From Octopus bimaculoides (taxonomy: Eukaryota), in the NCBI RefSeq assembly GCF_001194135.2, contig NC_068993.1, forward strand, positions 47,767,234 through 47,831,233: DNA of 64,000 nt. Reading direction: 5' to 3'. Made by a program: the position numbers and the translations under genes. The number at the start of each line of letters is the position of its first letter. Position 1 is the first letter of the stretch. Below are positions 50,211 through 63,353 of the stretch, piece after piece. The notes under the pieces are model-generated. The model had not been told where the DNA came from. It searched no databases and saw only the letters and a program-made list of their open reading frames with translations.

Positions 50211-53200
50211 ATTCAAACTATTCGAGTGAACAAGAAGGGGTACAGTTGGACATTTATATTTTAATTACTACAATTGTTTCGATGCAACGTAGTTCTACAA
50301 GTGTACAGGTACTTGATTATGCAACTGATTATTTCCAATCATACTCCCTCTCGTTGTCTCCAAAGTTTTCAGTTGCCTACTCACGCACAACAGATGCTGA
50401 AACGCAGATTGTGCCATAAGTAATGTACGAATTTTGGGTGAATAGAATAAGAGATCTCATTTTGTGTTTTATTAATATTTAATCCTGTATATAATTCCTA
50501 TCGCCATCAATAGCTTCCTTCCATTTACTCATCATTTAAAAAAAAATTCCATTGGTAAAAAAACTATTTTGGTTTTGCTCAGACAATGGAAGAAAAGTCA
50601 ATTTTGACCTTTGTGGGCTTAGCTTATACCGTATGTTAATCTGCTTGTCGGTTAATTAAGTATTGTACTGAATCCTTCATTCTCAGAACGCATCACTGTA
50701 AGACACATTTCCTTCCGCTCCTGTATTATTTTTTATCACTTTATTTTTTTAGTTCAAATACGTAGCATGACCATCACCTAGATGAATATGTAACGATAAC
50801 ATCTACGTTACACCTATGTAACCTTGACATTCATTCTTATGATAACTAAAGTATATATTTAAATTTTGAAGATTCGTATTTTTGTCGTACTGTTTTCATC
50901 ACATATGGGTAGGATGACACTTGTACTTTCCCCATTTCTTCCATTTTATAATGTGTTTGTGCACAACACAGTGATTATAACCTCGTTAATTACAATACAT
51001 ATGTGAAAGTCAATATTAGTATAATTGCGAAAGAATTGATTCACGTTTGGCATTCCGATTTAACATTATCCTCTTGGACTTGATTTCATCGTTCAGAGAT
51101 GCGTGATAGATAAATAAAAGATCGTTCTAGAAATGGATAAGCATTTATGAAAATATACCGGTATCGATTACATGAACTATATTCAACTGATAAAATCTGT
51201 ATCATTTTGCCAATGTACGATATTATTGTCATTAACATTCTCACAACTTATTTTTTTCAAAATGCTACCTATATAATTTGATATATTAGAAGTGATATTA
51301 CAGAACTTACTTTAGAATATTTAATCAATATTGACATCGTAGTGAAAATGTTTGCACAATCACCAGTTACAGACTCTGCTTCATTCATTTTTTTTTAATA
51401 GCAAGAAGAATGATGACGGCGATAACAATGCGGATAACTGGTGAAATAACAGCAAAAACTTCATAACAATAACGGCCAAAATAAAAAAAAGATATATTCA
51501 ACAAACGTAATACTTAAAACCGTCAAATATTTAAAGAAAACAGTGGCATTAATTTCTTTTGGCTACGCCCCAGGTCAATATACTTTTATGAGAGTGAAAA
51601 AGATTTACGGTAGCAACACAAGACCCCTGTCCATAACCTCAAAACATTTGAAACCATTAAACGTAAACAATATTTAACCTAACTTCTGGCTGAACGAACT
51701 GTTTGATGGAGCAGGTAATCGTTTCTGAGTTCGAAGTTACGCTGTGGACTTAATAATCTTGCCTGAAATAGAATATAAAAGTGTACATAATGAGATTTAC
51801 CAGTATATTCACTGGACAGTGTATAATAAGATAAACATGGAAAGCAGTCTTAATTAGAGCAATTTACATTTCAATTTCAATAACCAGTGCAAAGCATCGT
51901 ACAAGAAACTCTAAAAGCAGCACAGCAGTACTAAATTAAACGTTGTAACTATAAAAATACAAATAAGTCTTTGCAGTTAAAGATAAAGCAGCAGAAATAT
52001 ATGGTTCTACATCACCAAACTGAAATCTTCGATTAAGAAAAATAATATACATAAGAAGGTGTGCAAACACCAGTATTTGCCATTGAAACTATTCATATGA
52101 AGGACATTTATTGCAATTTATTATAACAGTTGATATAAACAGCGTCACTCGACTATAAATTATTCAACATAAAAACTCAGTCCAACAGATACACATGAAA
52201 CCTGGCACATACGGACGATAGCTTTATTCAATCTATTATGATGCATTTTGATGTTATAGATATTACTCGCAGTACAAATTACTTGAAATACTTTGAGAAT
52301 ATAATGACCTGTCAGGGTTTAATGACAAACGAATGGTAAATACGATAAGAGAGACAAGAACAGCAACAGCAGTGTCACCATAAATATTTATTGCTTCTAA
52401 AAAGACACAAGGCTCAATTTATTTCGAAACTAAATATCATTTCTGCGATATTGAGTTTCCACAAGTTCTACCCATATTATATGATACTTATCCCAAAGTC
52501 TAAGTTATTTTTAAGTTTCAGAAAACTACTTTAGCCTCAGTCTTCTGAATATATTTCATAAATGTAAGATCGGGATTAACTGCTTGTATATAAACAAGGC
52601 GCTGTTGCTGTCTTAAACATGAAATTCATAGATAAAATCCCCAAATGAGGAAGTTCGGCTAATTATCCATTGTGCACTATTAAACACAGTACTAACGTTA
52701 GTCCACACTGACCTCTTTAGTCGCTACATATTCTACAATACAAGCTTGTTCTCTAAAATAAGCCGTCTAGCTGCCAACCTCCATCAGCTTAACTGATTAC
52801 CAATATAATATCTATCAGTTGCGTATGTTGTTGAGCAATATGTCAGCATTCATTGAAAAACCTTGCGACTAACGTTATTCCGGCGGTGATCATCTCAAAA
52901 GCATTACATCTAAAATTGATTTCTTTTACCTCTTAAACTGGAAGACTGTGATACAAGAGCTTAAAACTCATCACCTGCTTTGCTTTGTTTTTCCTTTTAT
53001 CTTTGTTTCTGTGTCACATTTAACATTATATTTTGATTGAAATACTTCATCATTCTACTTTCATTCTACATTCATAATTTCTATCCGAGTGAACATGTGT
53101 ATTCGGTGCTTCTATGCGTACGCCTGTGTGCGTATATGCATATGAGTTTCTGCAATGATGGAGTTCAGAGATCTTCGCTTTCTTGGTTTCGCCCTTTTCT

Positions 53201-53409
53201 TTGCGCTTCATTTTATTTTTTTGCATGTCTTCTCGTTTCCCTTCGAATTTTTTTAATTTCTCACTGCCCAGAATCTTAGTTTTTAAAGTATATCTAACAC
53301 ATAAACTCAGTCTGCAAGATTGCTTGCATATACATGGCGTATTTCAGAAATATGCCTATATAATAGAAGCACGAAACTCTTAGTAGCTCCTTCTGTATGT
53401 ATGTTAAAT

Positions 53410-53457
<48 letters not shown>

Positions 53458-54014
53458 GTATTATATATATATATGTATATATATATATGACCACAGTTCA
53501 GCTGCATGGCTGAAACTTTACATTTACATAATTACTTTTTCTAATCATAGTACAGTGAAATTAATAAGTTCTTTTTTTTTCTTATGTTATGTTTCGGTTA
53601 TTTGTTTAGTGTCCATAATTGCACTTTACAGCGCGTTACGATGTTATTATTAATGGCATCTTCTGGGCATATTTAACTGCTTTTTTTTTTCTCGTTTCTC
53701 TCGAATGGAGAATTTTTCCAACTGAATGATGAGACTTTAGTTTCTTTTTTCAACTGCGTGTTGAATGCTGTTCTAAAAATAGTTCAAAAACTGTCTTTTT
53801 GATCCTACTAGTCAAGGGAGGAATTTATTCCCGAAATCTAGTTTTTGGTTTATTTGATATACACATTAATTTTGGTTTTTTCCATTGTGGCCAAGGTTTT
53901 CAATTCAGTTACTACCAATTCTGTGAAGTTCGTGTATCAGGTCCTTACAGTGTCTTTATTATTGATATTTTAATATATTAATATTGTATGTGCTTGATTG
54001 TATTTGTTCTTATG

Positions 54015-54445
54015 CTAAACGAAGGAAACGGTATCTAACATGTTACTATGAAGGAAAAAATAAGGAAAGAGAATTACAGGAGTGTAAGACTCATATTAAA
54101 AAACTGAACTCGAAAACATTAACACCCTGGCAATTCCAATAGTCCTAAACATTTTAAACATCATTAACTGGAATTTTACAGAGTTCCAACGCCTGGACAG
54201 CAACACAACGAAACAGCTAATATCAAAGAACATGCATCACCCAAAAGCAGACGTTGATCGTCAATACCTATCTAGAAGTGATGGGGAAGAAGAGTCAGGC
54301 AGGTAGAAATCTACTATAAGAGCTCCGCTGTGGCTTGTGTGCAAATACGAAAGCAGCAAAAGATCACATCCTATTGTTAAGGAATGTTTCAGATTCTTAA
54401 GGGAACTCTACATTCACCTTGAATTAGACGAAGAACATGAAACCA
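54015..54445 (+). pseudogene. R4/Dong-type reverse transcriptase (thumb region) remnant
   Basis: Hand translation: GI*HVTMKEKIRKENYRSVRLILK, frameshift, INTLAIPIVLNILNIINWNFTEFQRLDSNTTKQLISKNMHHPKADVDRQYLSRSDG. It matches the RLE-clade pattern INT.A+P++.Y...+INW...E+..LD..TRK......HHPKAD+.RLY+.R..GGRGL. Confidence 0.85.
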
Positions 54446-54446
54446 C

Positions 54447-54502
54447 TATTATTATTATTATTATTATTATTCAGTAGTTTTATTTTTATAACGTGCTTTC
54501 AC
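54447..54502 (-). mobile_element. (TAA)n tract plus probable 3' terminus of a Dong-like element running into a gap
   Basis: Minus strand GTGAAAGCACGTTATAAAAATAAAACTACTG-AATAATAAT. Assignment to the 45146 family rests on memory of the consensus and is not provable from this window. Confidence 0.4.
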
Positions 54503-54526
54503 NNNNNNNNNNTTTATTGTTATCAT

Positions 54527-54580
<54 letters not shown>

Positions 54581-55752
54581 CATTATTATTATTATCAATC
54601 TTCATCATCCACATGATCTCCATCATCGTCGTCGTCATCGTAATCATCGCCGTCATAGTGATAGCTGCTGTTGTATTAATTTATTCACTGGTGTGAAAGT
54701 AGCACTAATAACATTAATAGTTAATGTTTTGGGTGTGTAGCAATTGCGGTAAAACTTTTAGCAACACCCAGTGAACCACGCAAAATGTGTTTCGAAACAA
54801 CGATTTATTTAGAGTCAATACATAATACAGAATATGATTTGTTCACTGTATTCATACATTTCTATTCTACTACACTAATTATTATATTTCATTTATTTTA
54901 AGCAGGAAATAGATTTCTTTCAAACATTATATTATATTTTTTCTCTTCAATTTTTGTCGTACGTTTTTCTTTGGGGGATTAATTAGTGAATAAGAAAAAA
55001 AAAATTACACTATTCCCCTTTCTCTTCCTGTTCTTCTTTTATAATGGAGCGAATTAAAAATATGCACATACACACGCACACATACAGACACATACACATA
55101 CACGCATACACTTACACACACACGTAGATACATATATACACATATAGATATTGAAAGAAAGAGGGGGTACTGTTGACACATATTTATCTGAATATATATA
55201 TAAATATATATATATATATANNNNNNNNNNNNNNNNNNNNNNNNNNNNNNNNNNNNNNNNNNNNNNNNNNNNNNNNNNNNNNNNNNNNNNNNNNNNNNNN
55301 NNNNNNNNNNNNNNNNNNNNNNNNNNNNNNNNNNNNNNNNNNNNNNNNNNNNNNNNNNNNNNNNNNNNNNNNNNNNNNNNNNNNNNNNNNNNNNNNNNNN
55401 NNNNNNNNNNNNNNNNNNNNNNNNNNNNNNNNNNNNNNNNNNNNNNNNNNNNNNNNNNNNNNNNNNNNNNNNNNNNNNNNNNNNNNNNNNNNNNNNNNNN
55501 NNNNNNNNNNNNNNNNNNNNNNNNNNNNNNNNACGTAGTTATGCAGGGTCGTGCAAAAGTAGATATACAGTTATTAATGAAGAAAACACGTACAATGCTT
55601 ATGTATCTTTTATCAAAAATTAGACGTTTCGATAAAATTACTATAAAAGTTATGATAAATGGATTATTAGGATTAATAACGCTGAAAATATCAACAATGC
55701 GGCTAACTAATTTAATGTGCTAATAATTTTAATGAATTAAGTATTATAACAT

Positions 55753-55945
55753 TGGCCATATAACTCCCCACACTGCAACCCCCTAGCCTATAATTTGTGC
55801 GGCGCAGTTGAGCGAGCGATCAACAAAACTCATTTTAAAACCAATGATGAGCTGAAGACACGAATTGTGGCTGCATTCATCACCTTAAGAAGACCGTCTA
55901 GAAGAGTTGCAGGAGATTCCGAAGACGTCTGAAGGCCATATTCAC
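55753..55945 (+). pseudogene. Tc1/mariner (DD37D, maT-like) transposase C-terminal remnant
   Basis: WPYNSPHCNPLAYNLCGAVERAINKTHFKTNDELKTRIVAAFITL, frameshift, KTV*KSCRRFRRRLKAI. Matches WPPNSPD.NP+DY.+WG.+E...N.....T.D+LKA.I......+....+..AC.RFR.RL.A+. Confidence 0.85.
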
Positions 55946-55959
55946 TTAATTTTAAATGC

Positions 55960-56350
55960 TTACAATTTTATTGCCGTTAATGTATTCTCCATTTCAAGAA
56001 ATGCATTGTTCCATACGCGTTTTCCACCGTTCGAAGCAATGCTAGAGCTCTTGCAAAGCAATGTCTTTTAACGTTTCCGACGTTTTTTTCTTTTCCTCTT
56101 CCACATCTGCAAATTCTGTAGTACCGGCTTTCGTCACTAGTGATGAATTTTCTAAAAACATCCGGATCAATTTCCCTCTGTGAAATAGAATGGTCAATAA
56201 CAAAAAAATGCACGCCGATATAATATATTATCCGGCGTATGTGACTTGTGCCCTGAGGAAGCCTTTGGTATTCTATTAAGTAACGAATTCTTGATAAACA
56301 AGCCAGGTGAGAAAATTCCAAGATGTTGCCACCACGCCAACTTTGCATTT
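55960..56350 (-). pseudogene. Internally deleted mariner transposase remnant
   Basis: EIDPDVFRKFITSDES (first catalytic D motif, +ITGDE) is joined almost directly to FADVEEEKKKTSETLKDIALQEL*HCFERWKTRMEQCIS*NGEYING (mariner C-terminus). Confidence 0.8.
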
Positions 56351-56621
56351 TCCAGATGCAATGCAGTAGAATAATAATAATGATTTAGTTAACTCTCTCC
56401 CTCTCCCTTTTCCCTATACAAGTGTGTGTGTCTGGTTGTATTTCTATAAGTACGTATGCATTCCTGTCCGTGTGTTTAGCATGTATGGATGCATGTATAT
56501 GCGTATTATATATATGCATATACATATACAAACACGAGCACCTGTGTATGTATATGCGCGCGTATGTATGTATGTACATATATTTGTATATGTCTATATG
56601 TGTGAGTGCGTATACATATAC

Positions 56622-56680
<59 letters not shown>

Positions 56681-57634
56681 TGTATGCATGTATGTACTCG
56701 TGTGGGTGTGGGTGTTTCTGTGTATATGTGTCTGACCATATGGATGTATATGTAAACGACCATGTACGCGTACGTACGGGCCGACTCTTAATGGTCAGCT
56801 AAGGACAATCGCTAAGGACAATCGCATGTGTAACCAACCATGAAGAACATATCAACAGTACAAGGAAAGAAATACCAATCCCTTTAAAACGGCAACCACT
56901 TTAACAGTAGTAGAATCTCCCTCCCACTACATCTACACATTTAAAGCAGTTTGCCAACGGTTCTTCAGCAACCGCACAGCTTGATAAACTCAGTGGCTGC
57001 TACTAAGCTCAAGCAGCGACAGAGAGGATGCTCCTGAAGTCGAGAATTTGAACTTACGGAGACAATACTTACATACCACCTGAGGAAACACAACTACATA
57101 TCATAATGCAGGGAGACGTTTGCATAACTAAGTACCGACACCCCTGGAGAGCTACGTTGCGTAGAAACAATTGTAGTGAGTGAAAATAAATGTCCAACCG
57201 TACTCCTTGTTTACTCCAATTTTTTTTTCAGTTATCTATTCACACACAACAGATGCCCAAACCCAAACCAGCAAGGACGTATAATACAACTATTGGATGC
57301 TACAGGGTGAAATCTGAAGGTAGACGTGCTTTATACGTTCAACTATGTTCTACTACTCTGTGTGCGTGTGTGCATGTGTGTGTGTGTGTGTGTGTGTTTG
57401 CGTGTGCGTATGTGTGCGTTTGTGTGCGTGTGTGTAAGTGTGGGGGTGTATGTGATGTGCGTGTTGCTAGTAAGAAAAGCATTCATAGCAACAAGTTTGG
57501 TTCATGTCCGTTAATTTTACCATCATCAATTCACAGCATGGTTCCATTACTTTGGTTTTATTATCTTTTATCTTTTTTTTTTCAATATATTAGATTCTAA
57601 CTATTAATGGTGAGATACCATGGATATATTTTCC

Positions 57635-57692
57635 CAGTAAACTTTCCTCGCGGTGAACTTTCGCCACGGTGAACTTTCTTCACGGTGAATTG
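57635..57692. repeat. 16-bp tandem repeat, about 3.5 units
   Basis: CAGTAAACTTTCCTCG / CGGTGAACTTTCGCCA / CGGTGAACTTTCTTCA / CGGTGAATTG. Confidence 0.85.
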
Positions 57693-58225
57693 ATGGCTAT
57701 AATGTCTCCTGCAATGAATTCATGGCGTTGAACATATCTGTAATCAGTTTCTATAAATATTTCGATCTTTATTTTTCATTCTAATCCTTAATCTAACCTC
57801 GTACCATTTATCGACCGGCTCTATTTAATGATTACACCAAGTGAGTGAAGAGATATGCATGTAAAAGAGAAAAAAAAAACAATAATGTAGTTGAGCGTAA
57901 ATATAATGATTAGTTAAAGAAACTGTGTCAGATTCCACGGTGATTAATTCAGGTGTTCCTTAACATGATATAGAAAGAATGAAGTGCTGTATGACTAAGA
58001 TACGTGTGTACCTAAAGCAATCTGTCGGCAGAATTGTCATTGCACAATGACTATGGTGGCTGTAGTTTTAGCTAGCTTCTGTAAGACAGGCTTCGGTATA
58101 AATTCTTTCTAACAAATAATTGTTATATGACGTGATTCGATTCGCAGTTAGATTAAATATGTTATGGGTACACACTCATATACGTTCAAACTTACATATG
58201 TGGTTATATATATATATATATATAT

Positions 58226-58461
58226 ATCATAAATATAAGGGATTAGCAATTGAGTTGCTTCTCCAACATACTGAAAATTCAGAAATAGCAGTCAAAGAAC
58301 TACTGATTGTAAGCTACAAATTTTTCTCCAAAACGGATGGCGATATTTATCCGTTTTGGAGAAAAAATTGTAGGTTAGAATCAGTAGTTCTTTGACTGCT
58401 ATTTCTGAATTTTCAGTATGTTGGAGAAGCAACTCAATTGCTAATCCCTTATATTTATGAT
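58226..58461. repeat. Near-perfect foldback inverted repeat
   Basis: Arms 58226-58338 and 58349-58461, 113 bp each, with 3 mismatches and a 10-nt loop GGCGATATTT. Confidence 0.97.
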
Positions 58462-58969
58462 GATAAATGGTCNNNNNNNNNNNNNNNNNNNNNNNNNNNN
58501 NNNNNNNNNNNNNNNNNNNNNNNNNNNNNNNNNNNNNNNNNNNNNNNNNNNNNNNNNNNNNNNNNNNNNNNNNNNNNNNNNNNNNNNNNNNNNNNNNNNN
58601 NNNNNNNNNNNNNNNNNNNNNNNNNNNNNNNNNNNNNNNNNNNNNNNNNNNNNNNNNNNNNNNNNNNNNNNNNNNNNNNNNNNNNNNNNNNNNNNNNNNN
58701 NNNNNNNNNNNNNNNNNNNNNNNNNNNNNNNNNNNNNNNNNNNNNNNNNNNNNNNNNNNNNNNNNNNNNNNNNNNNNNNNNNNNNNNNNNNNNNNNNNNN
58801 NNNNNNNNNNNNNNNNNNNNNNNNNNNNNNNNNNNNNNNNNNNNNNNNNNNNNNNNNNNNNNNNNNNNNNNNNNNNNNNNNNNNNNNNNNNNNNNNNNNN
58901 NNNNNNNNNNNNNNNNNNNNNNNNNNNNNNNNNNNNNNNNNNNNNNNNNNNNNNNNNNNNNNNNNNNNN

Positions 58970-59006
58970 GGAGAAAAAAAATTGAATAGTGTTCAGTCAA
59001 CGGTCA
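58970..59006 (-). mobile_element. Fragment of the same PLE-type terminal repeat as 27268-27460, emerging from a gap
   Basis: GGAGAAAAAAAATTGAATAGTGTTCAGTCAACGGTCA versus GGAGAAAAAAATTGAATAGTGTCCAGTCAACGGTCA at 27421. Confidence 0.7.
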
Positions 59007-59022
59007 ATCATAATAATGGCCG

Positions 59023-59058
<36 letters not shown>

Positions 59059-60059
59059 AGAGTATTGTAGTTCGCTTGAATCATTGTATATTGTTTGTAA
59101 AGTATAACGTGTCTTGAATGGCGCAACAATGTAGAGTGGACTAACTGTTATAATTTGATTTTCCTTAGTCTGATATAATAGCAATATTTCGGAATGCAAA
59201 AATTCGGTTTTCCAACGGTTACTGCAGTGGACCCACGACGCTCTTTCCGGAATTCCTCATGAGAAGTGCGTGGGGGCGGCCATTTCTCAAGCTCATATTG
59301 ATTGTGTAGATAGAAGTGAAAACATTTCTATTGCCGCTCGGTATTCATACTAGCCCCAAGGTAAAGTCTTGTTTTGATTTCTATCTATAGGAATATTTCC
59401 CCTGACGAGGCGAAAACGTCCCTTAAGTGGTCCCTAATGCCAAAATTGCAATAGGGAATTAACCAATTATTTTCAAATTGTGGATTCTATTTACCACATC
59501 GCCCGAAGACAATTTTTATCGTGAAGAGAAATAATATCACTGATATAATGGTGTTATAGCGGTTTTGGCTGCTATTTTTAACATGCGAGGTTTTTTTTAC
59601 CCTCTTAGTTATAATAGTGACTTGATCATAATTATAAACGTTTTTTCTTCTTTATATTTTATGATAACATGTTTGGTCATTGATATGTTCATAAATAATC
59701 TTAATTATTTATAACATATCTTTCCTAATGTTACATTACTCTCTACTGATATATATATGTATGNNNNNNNNNNNNNNNNNNNNNNNNNNNNNNNNNNNNN
59801 NNNNNNNNNNNNNNNNNNNNNNNNNNNNNNNNNNNNNNNNNNNNNNNNNNNNNNNNNNNNNNNNNNNNNNNNNNNNNNNNNNNNNNNNNNNNNNNNNNNN
59901 NNNNNNNNNNNNNNNNNNNNNNNNNNNNNNNNNNNNNNNNNNNNNNNNNNNNNNNNNNNNNNNNNNNNNNNNNNNNNNNNNNNNNNNNNNNNNNNNNNNN
60001 NNNNNNNNNNNNNNNNNNNNNNNNNNNNNNNNNNNNNAATTCTTTTTTTATTAACTGAT

Positions 60060-60760
60060 TTCGGTATCTTCAATTCCATGTGTCTTTATTGGAATTCTTC
60101 ATCTATAACAATATGCCCTTCCACAAAGTTTGAATTGTCTTTGAAAAATTCGCTCCTGTGCTCACATTTTCACAGTCACTTTCTCTTCGTCTGAAGAATG
60201 TCCTTTATTGTTCCTAACTAATAGAAGTGGAAGGGGGTCAGACCTCGAGAGTACGGTTGTTGAGGGACAACTCTCCAGCCCATTCTCCCGATTACCTGAT
60301 TTGCCGTCAAAGATTGGTATTGTCACAATTTGTCATGGTGAATACGGATCATTTTCACTTTACTGTTTGTTCTGTCTTTTTTTTTTTTCATTTATGTTTT
60401 TAGTGTCACAAAGTATTTATTGCTATTCATTGGATGGCCACATTTCAGAAAACCAGACGGCATTATTTTCTCTGCCGATCACTAATTCTTGATATCCTCA
60501 TCTTTGGGGAAGAGGTCTGACGTATTTTCATCCACTGAGCCTTCATTTCCAGGCAACGTAGATACGGGCAGTTTTCATCACTTTTCACTAGATCGAGAAA
60601 ACTTTAGATCCAAACGCTTCCAGTAGATCGGATAAGTCTCCCATGGAGGTGTGTAGTAACTTCATGAATAATAAATTACCTGCGTGCACCAATACATTCA
60701 TTCACTTCTTGGTCATTTGTATCAGTGGCTGCAAATGATGGTTTTCTACAGTGTGGGTTT
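60060..60760 (-). pseudogene. Decayed mariner transposase
   Basis: Minus strand LVKSDEN (+VTGDET), MNSNKYFVTLK (+NS..Y..TL.) and IRIHHDKL*QYQSLTANQVIGRMGWRVVPQQPYSRGLTPFHFY*LGTIKDIL (HHDNARPH...GW.VLPHPPYSPDLAP.DF.LFG.+K). Confidence 0.85.
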
Positions 60761-61131
60761 TTCTTTCTAAAGAAATACTTACGGATTTGATGTTTTAGGA
60801 TTCAACCCGCCGATAACATAAAAAACACAGTGTGTGTATATGTCTATGTGCGTGCATTGTATATGGATATATATGCATGTATAAATAGTGACAGCGAGCA
60901 AGAAGAAACGTTGAAAATATTCTCTACATTTTCCTTAAGTTATATGCACTCATTAAATATTACTTTGTATTTCTTACCTAAAACCTCGATAGAATTGGCC
61001 AGAGAGTTGGGGAACTAGAATGAGCGTAAATTAATGAGAGGTCAGATGACTGAACAACGGTTATGTATGATTCTATGTTAATAGGCGTATGGATGTATAT
61101 GTATGCATGTGGGTTTGTGTGGGAGTGTATG

Positions 61132-61173
<42 letters not shown>

Positions 61174-62144
61174 CGAGTGATTGTGTGTGTGTCTGTGTGT
61201 ATGTGCGTGAGTGTGCGTGCGTGTGAAAGAGAGAGAGTGTGCGTGAGGGAAACAATAGGGCATTTTGATATAGTTAAATGTGTACTCATGTGTACTAGGG
61301 TATTCATTAGTACTACATGTGTACGTGTGTATGAGCATATATATATATATATGAATATGTGAGTGACTTTCGGAACCCTGCGTGCATGTATGTGTGTATG
61401 TGTACGCGTGACTGAACACATACACATCTGTATATATAATTAACACACAAACATATATATATGCGAAAAGGCAAACAGATTCACACGTATATATGTATAA
61501 ACATACGAACTCATTCATACGTGCTTGCAGCTCAATTAGTTGCTTCTTCTTTGTCTCGCATGATTCATTAACACCCTGAATCGTCAATTACACATCAAAT
61601 CTGAAAATACCCAATAACCATGTTTACCTGGACGGTAATAAATCCATGTTAACGTGTTTACACTTCGCTCTACATCCTCGTTCAGCTGTCAAGTACAGTC
61701 ACACACATGTAAACGTACATACATAAATATATATATATACACATATATCTGCTATTGTATGTATATATGTATGTACATATATATATATATATATATATAN
61801 NNNNNNNNNNNNNNNNNNNNNNNNNNNNNNNNNNNNNNNNNNNNNNNNNNNNNNNNNNNNNNNNNNNNNNNNNNNNNNNNNNNNNNNNNNNNNNNNNNNN
61901 NNNNNNNNNNNNNNNNNNNNNNNNNNNNNNNNNNNNNNNNNNNNNNNNNNNNNNNNNNNNNNNNNNNNNNNNNNNNNNNNNNNNNNNNNNNNNNNNNNNN
62001 NNNNNNNNNNNNNNNNNNNNNNNNNNNNNNNNNNNNNNNNNNNNNNNNNNNNNNNNNNNNNNNNNNNNNNNNNNNNNNNNNNNNNNNNNNNNNNNNNNNN
62101 NNNNNNNNNNNNNNNNNNNNNNNNNNNNNNNTATATATATATGT

Positions 62145-62177
<33 letters not shown>

Positions 62178-63137
62178 CATATATATACACATTGTCTAGA
62201 TGCTGAAAACACTCCCTATGCAGTGGCAGGACTCTTTTTCAGAAGAAAACAAGTGGTTATTGGAAAATTCTTCCACTTGTTTTTCAATACTGGCACTTGA
62301 AATTTTGCTACAGCCCTTTCCCATACAATGTTACATGTATTCTTCCATAGACCGATACACTCATACACTGATGTATGTTTGTGTGCACGTCTGTGTGACT
62401 GTGTGATAATGTATGTAAACACTCATACATAGAGTTACTGCCGCGACTCGTCCGATATATAAGGACGCTCTTAGGTTCCCATACTTCCCTTAGGGGATAT
62501 GAAATGCCTATACAATACATGTGAATATGCGTATGTCTGCGTATGAATGTGTGTTCTGCATGCTTCTGCACATGTATCTGCATGTGAATTTTATGCATGT
62601 CATGTGTGTGGCTCTATTTGTACGTGCGTTAGCACATATATGTTCGCGGCTGTGTTGAGCGCGGCATGTTTGTGTGCTTGTGCGTTCATTTATACACGGT
62701 GCAAGATTGAATTGATTTCGGGGTGAATCAGGTGACACATCACTAATATAGCGTTCATTTTGTTTGCTAAACTTTCCAGCTCGCCGAGTGTATTACAAAC
62801 AGATCGATCTGTAAATAAATCGAATTCGACCTTGTAACCTCATGGTCTTTTATTTCTATTTCGTTTGCATCACAGCAGAAGAAATATAGATAACGTTTTT
62901 TTTCTTTTTGTATTTCTTATGATTTTTCTGATATTTTAATATATTAGATTTCTAGTTCTTAATTTTTCATATTTTTTTTTTTAAATTAAGCAACACATAT
63001 TTCTGTCTAGCTTGTTTCCCTATATTTTTACACATCTTCACATTAATCTACGTGTGTATATATATATGTATATATCACACCATCACAGAACACATTCACA
63101 CACGTAATAATTTATACTAACGTATATATACGTATAT

Positions 63138-63173
<36 letters not shown>

Positions 63174-63270
63174 TATATAGATATATGCTTATGTGTGTGT
63201 ATACACACATATACTATGTATTTACAAACAGATAGTTAGATTGATAGATATATACACAGACATAGGCATA

Positions 63271-63314
<44 letters not shown>

Positions 63315-63353
63315 AATGTGTGTGTGTGTATGTATATGTGTGTGTGTGTGTAC

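Noticed and set aside
51360-51480. Transmembrane-like frame VFAVISPVIRIVIAVIILLAI
   Set aside because: It derives from a degenerate (ATA/ACA/GAT) trinucleotide tract.
56798-56825. 13-bp tandem duplication GCTAAGGACAATC as a target-site duplication
   Set aside because: The copies are adjacent with no insert, so this is ordinary slippage or at most an excision footprint that cannot be tested here.
59400-59425. CTGACGAGGCGAAAACGTC as a hammerhead
   Set aside because: There is essentially no stem II, and the flanks cannot form stem I.
62245-62282. 11-bp-stem hairpin AAAACAAGTGG/CCACTTGTTTT as a pre-miRNA
   Set aside because: The stem is too short and pairing does not extend.
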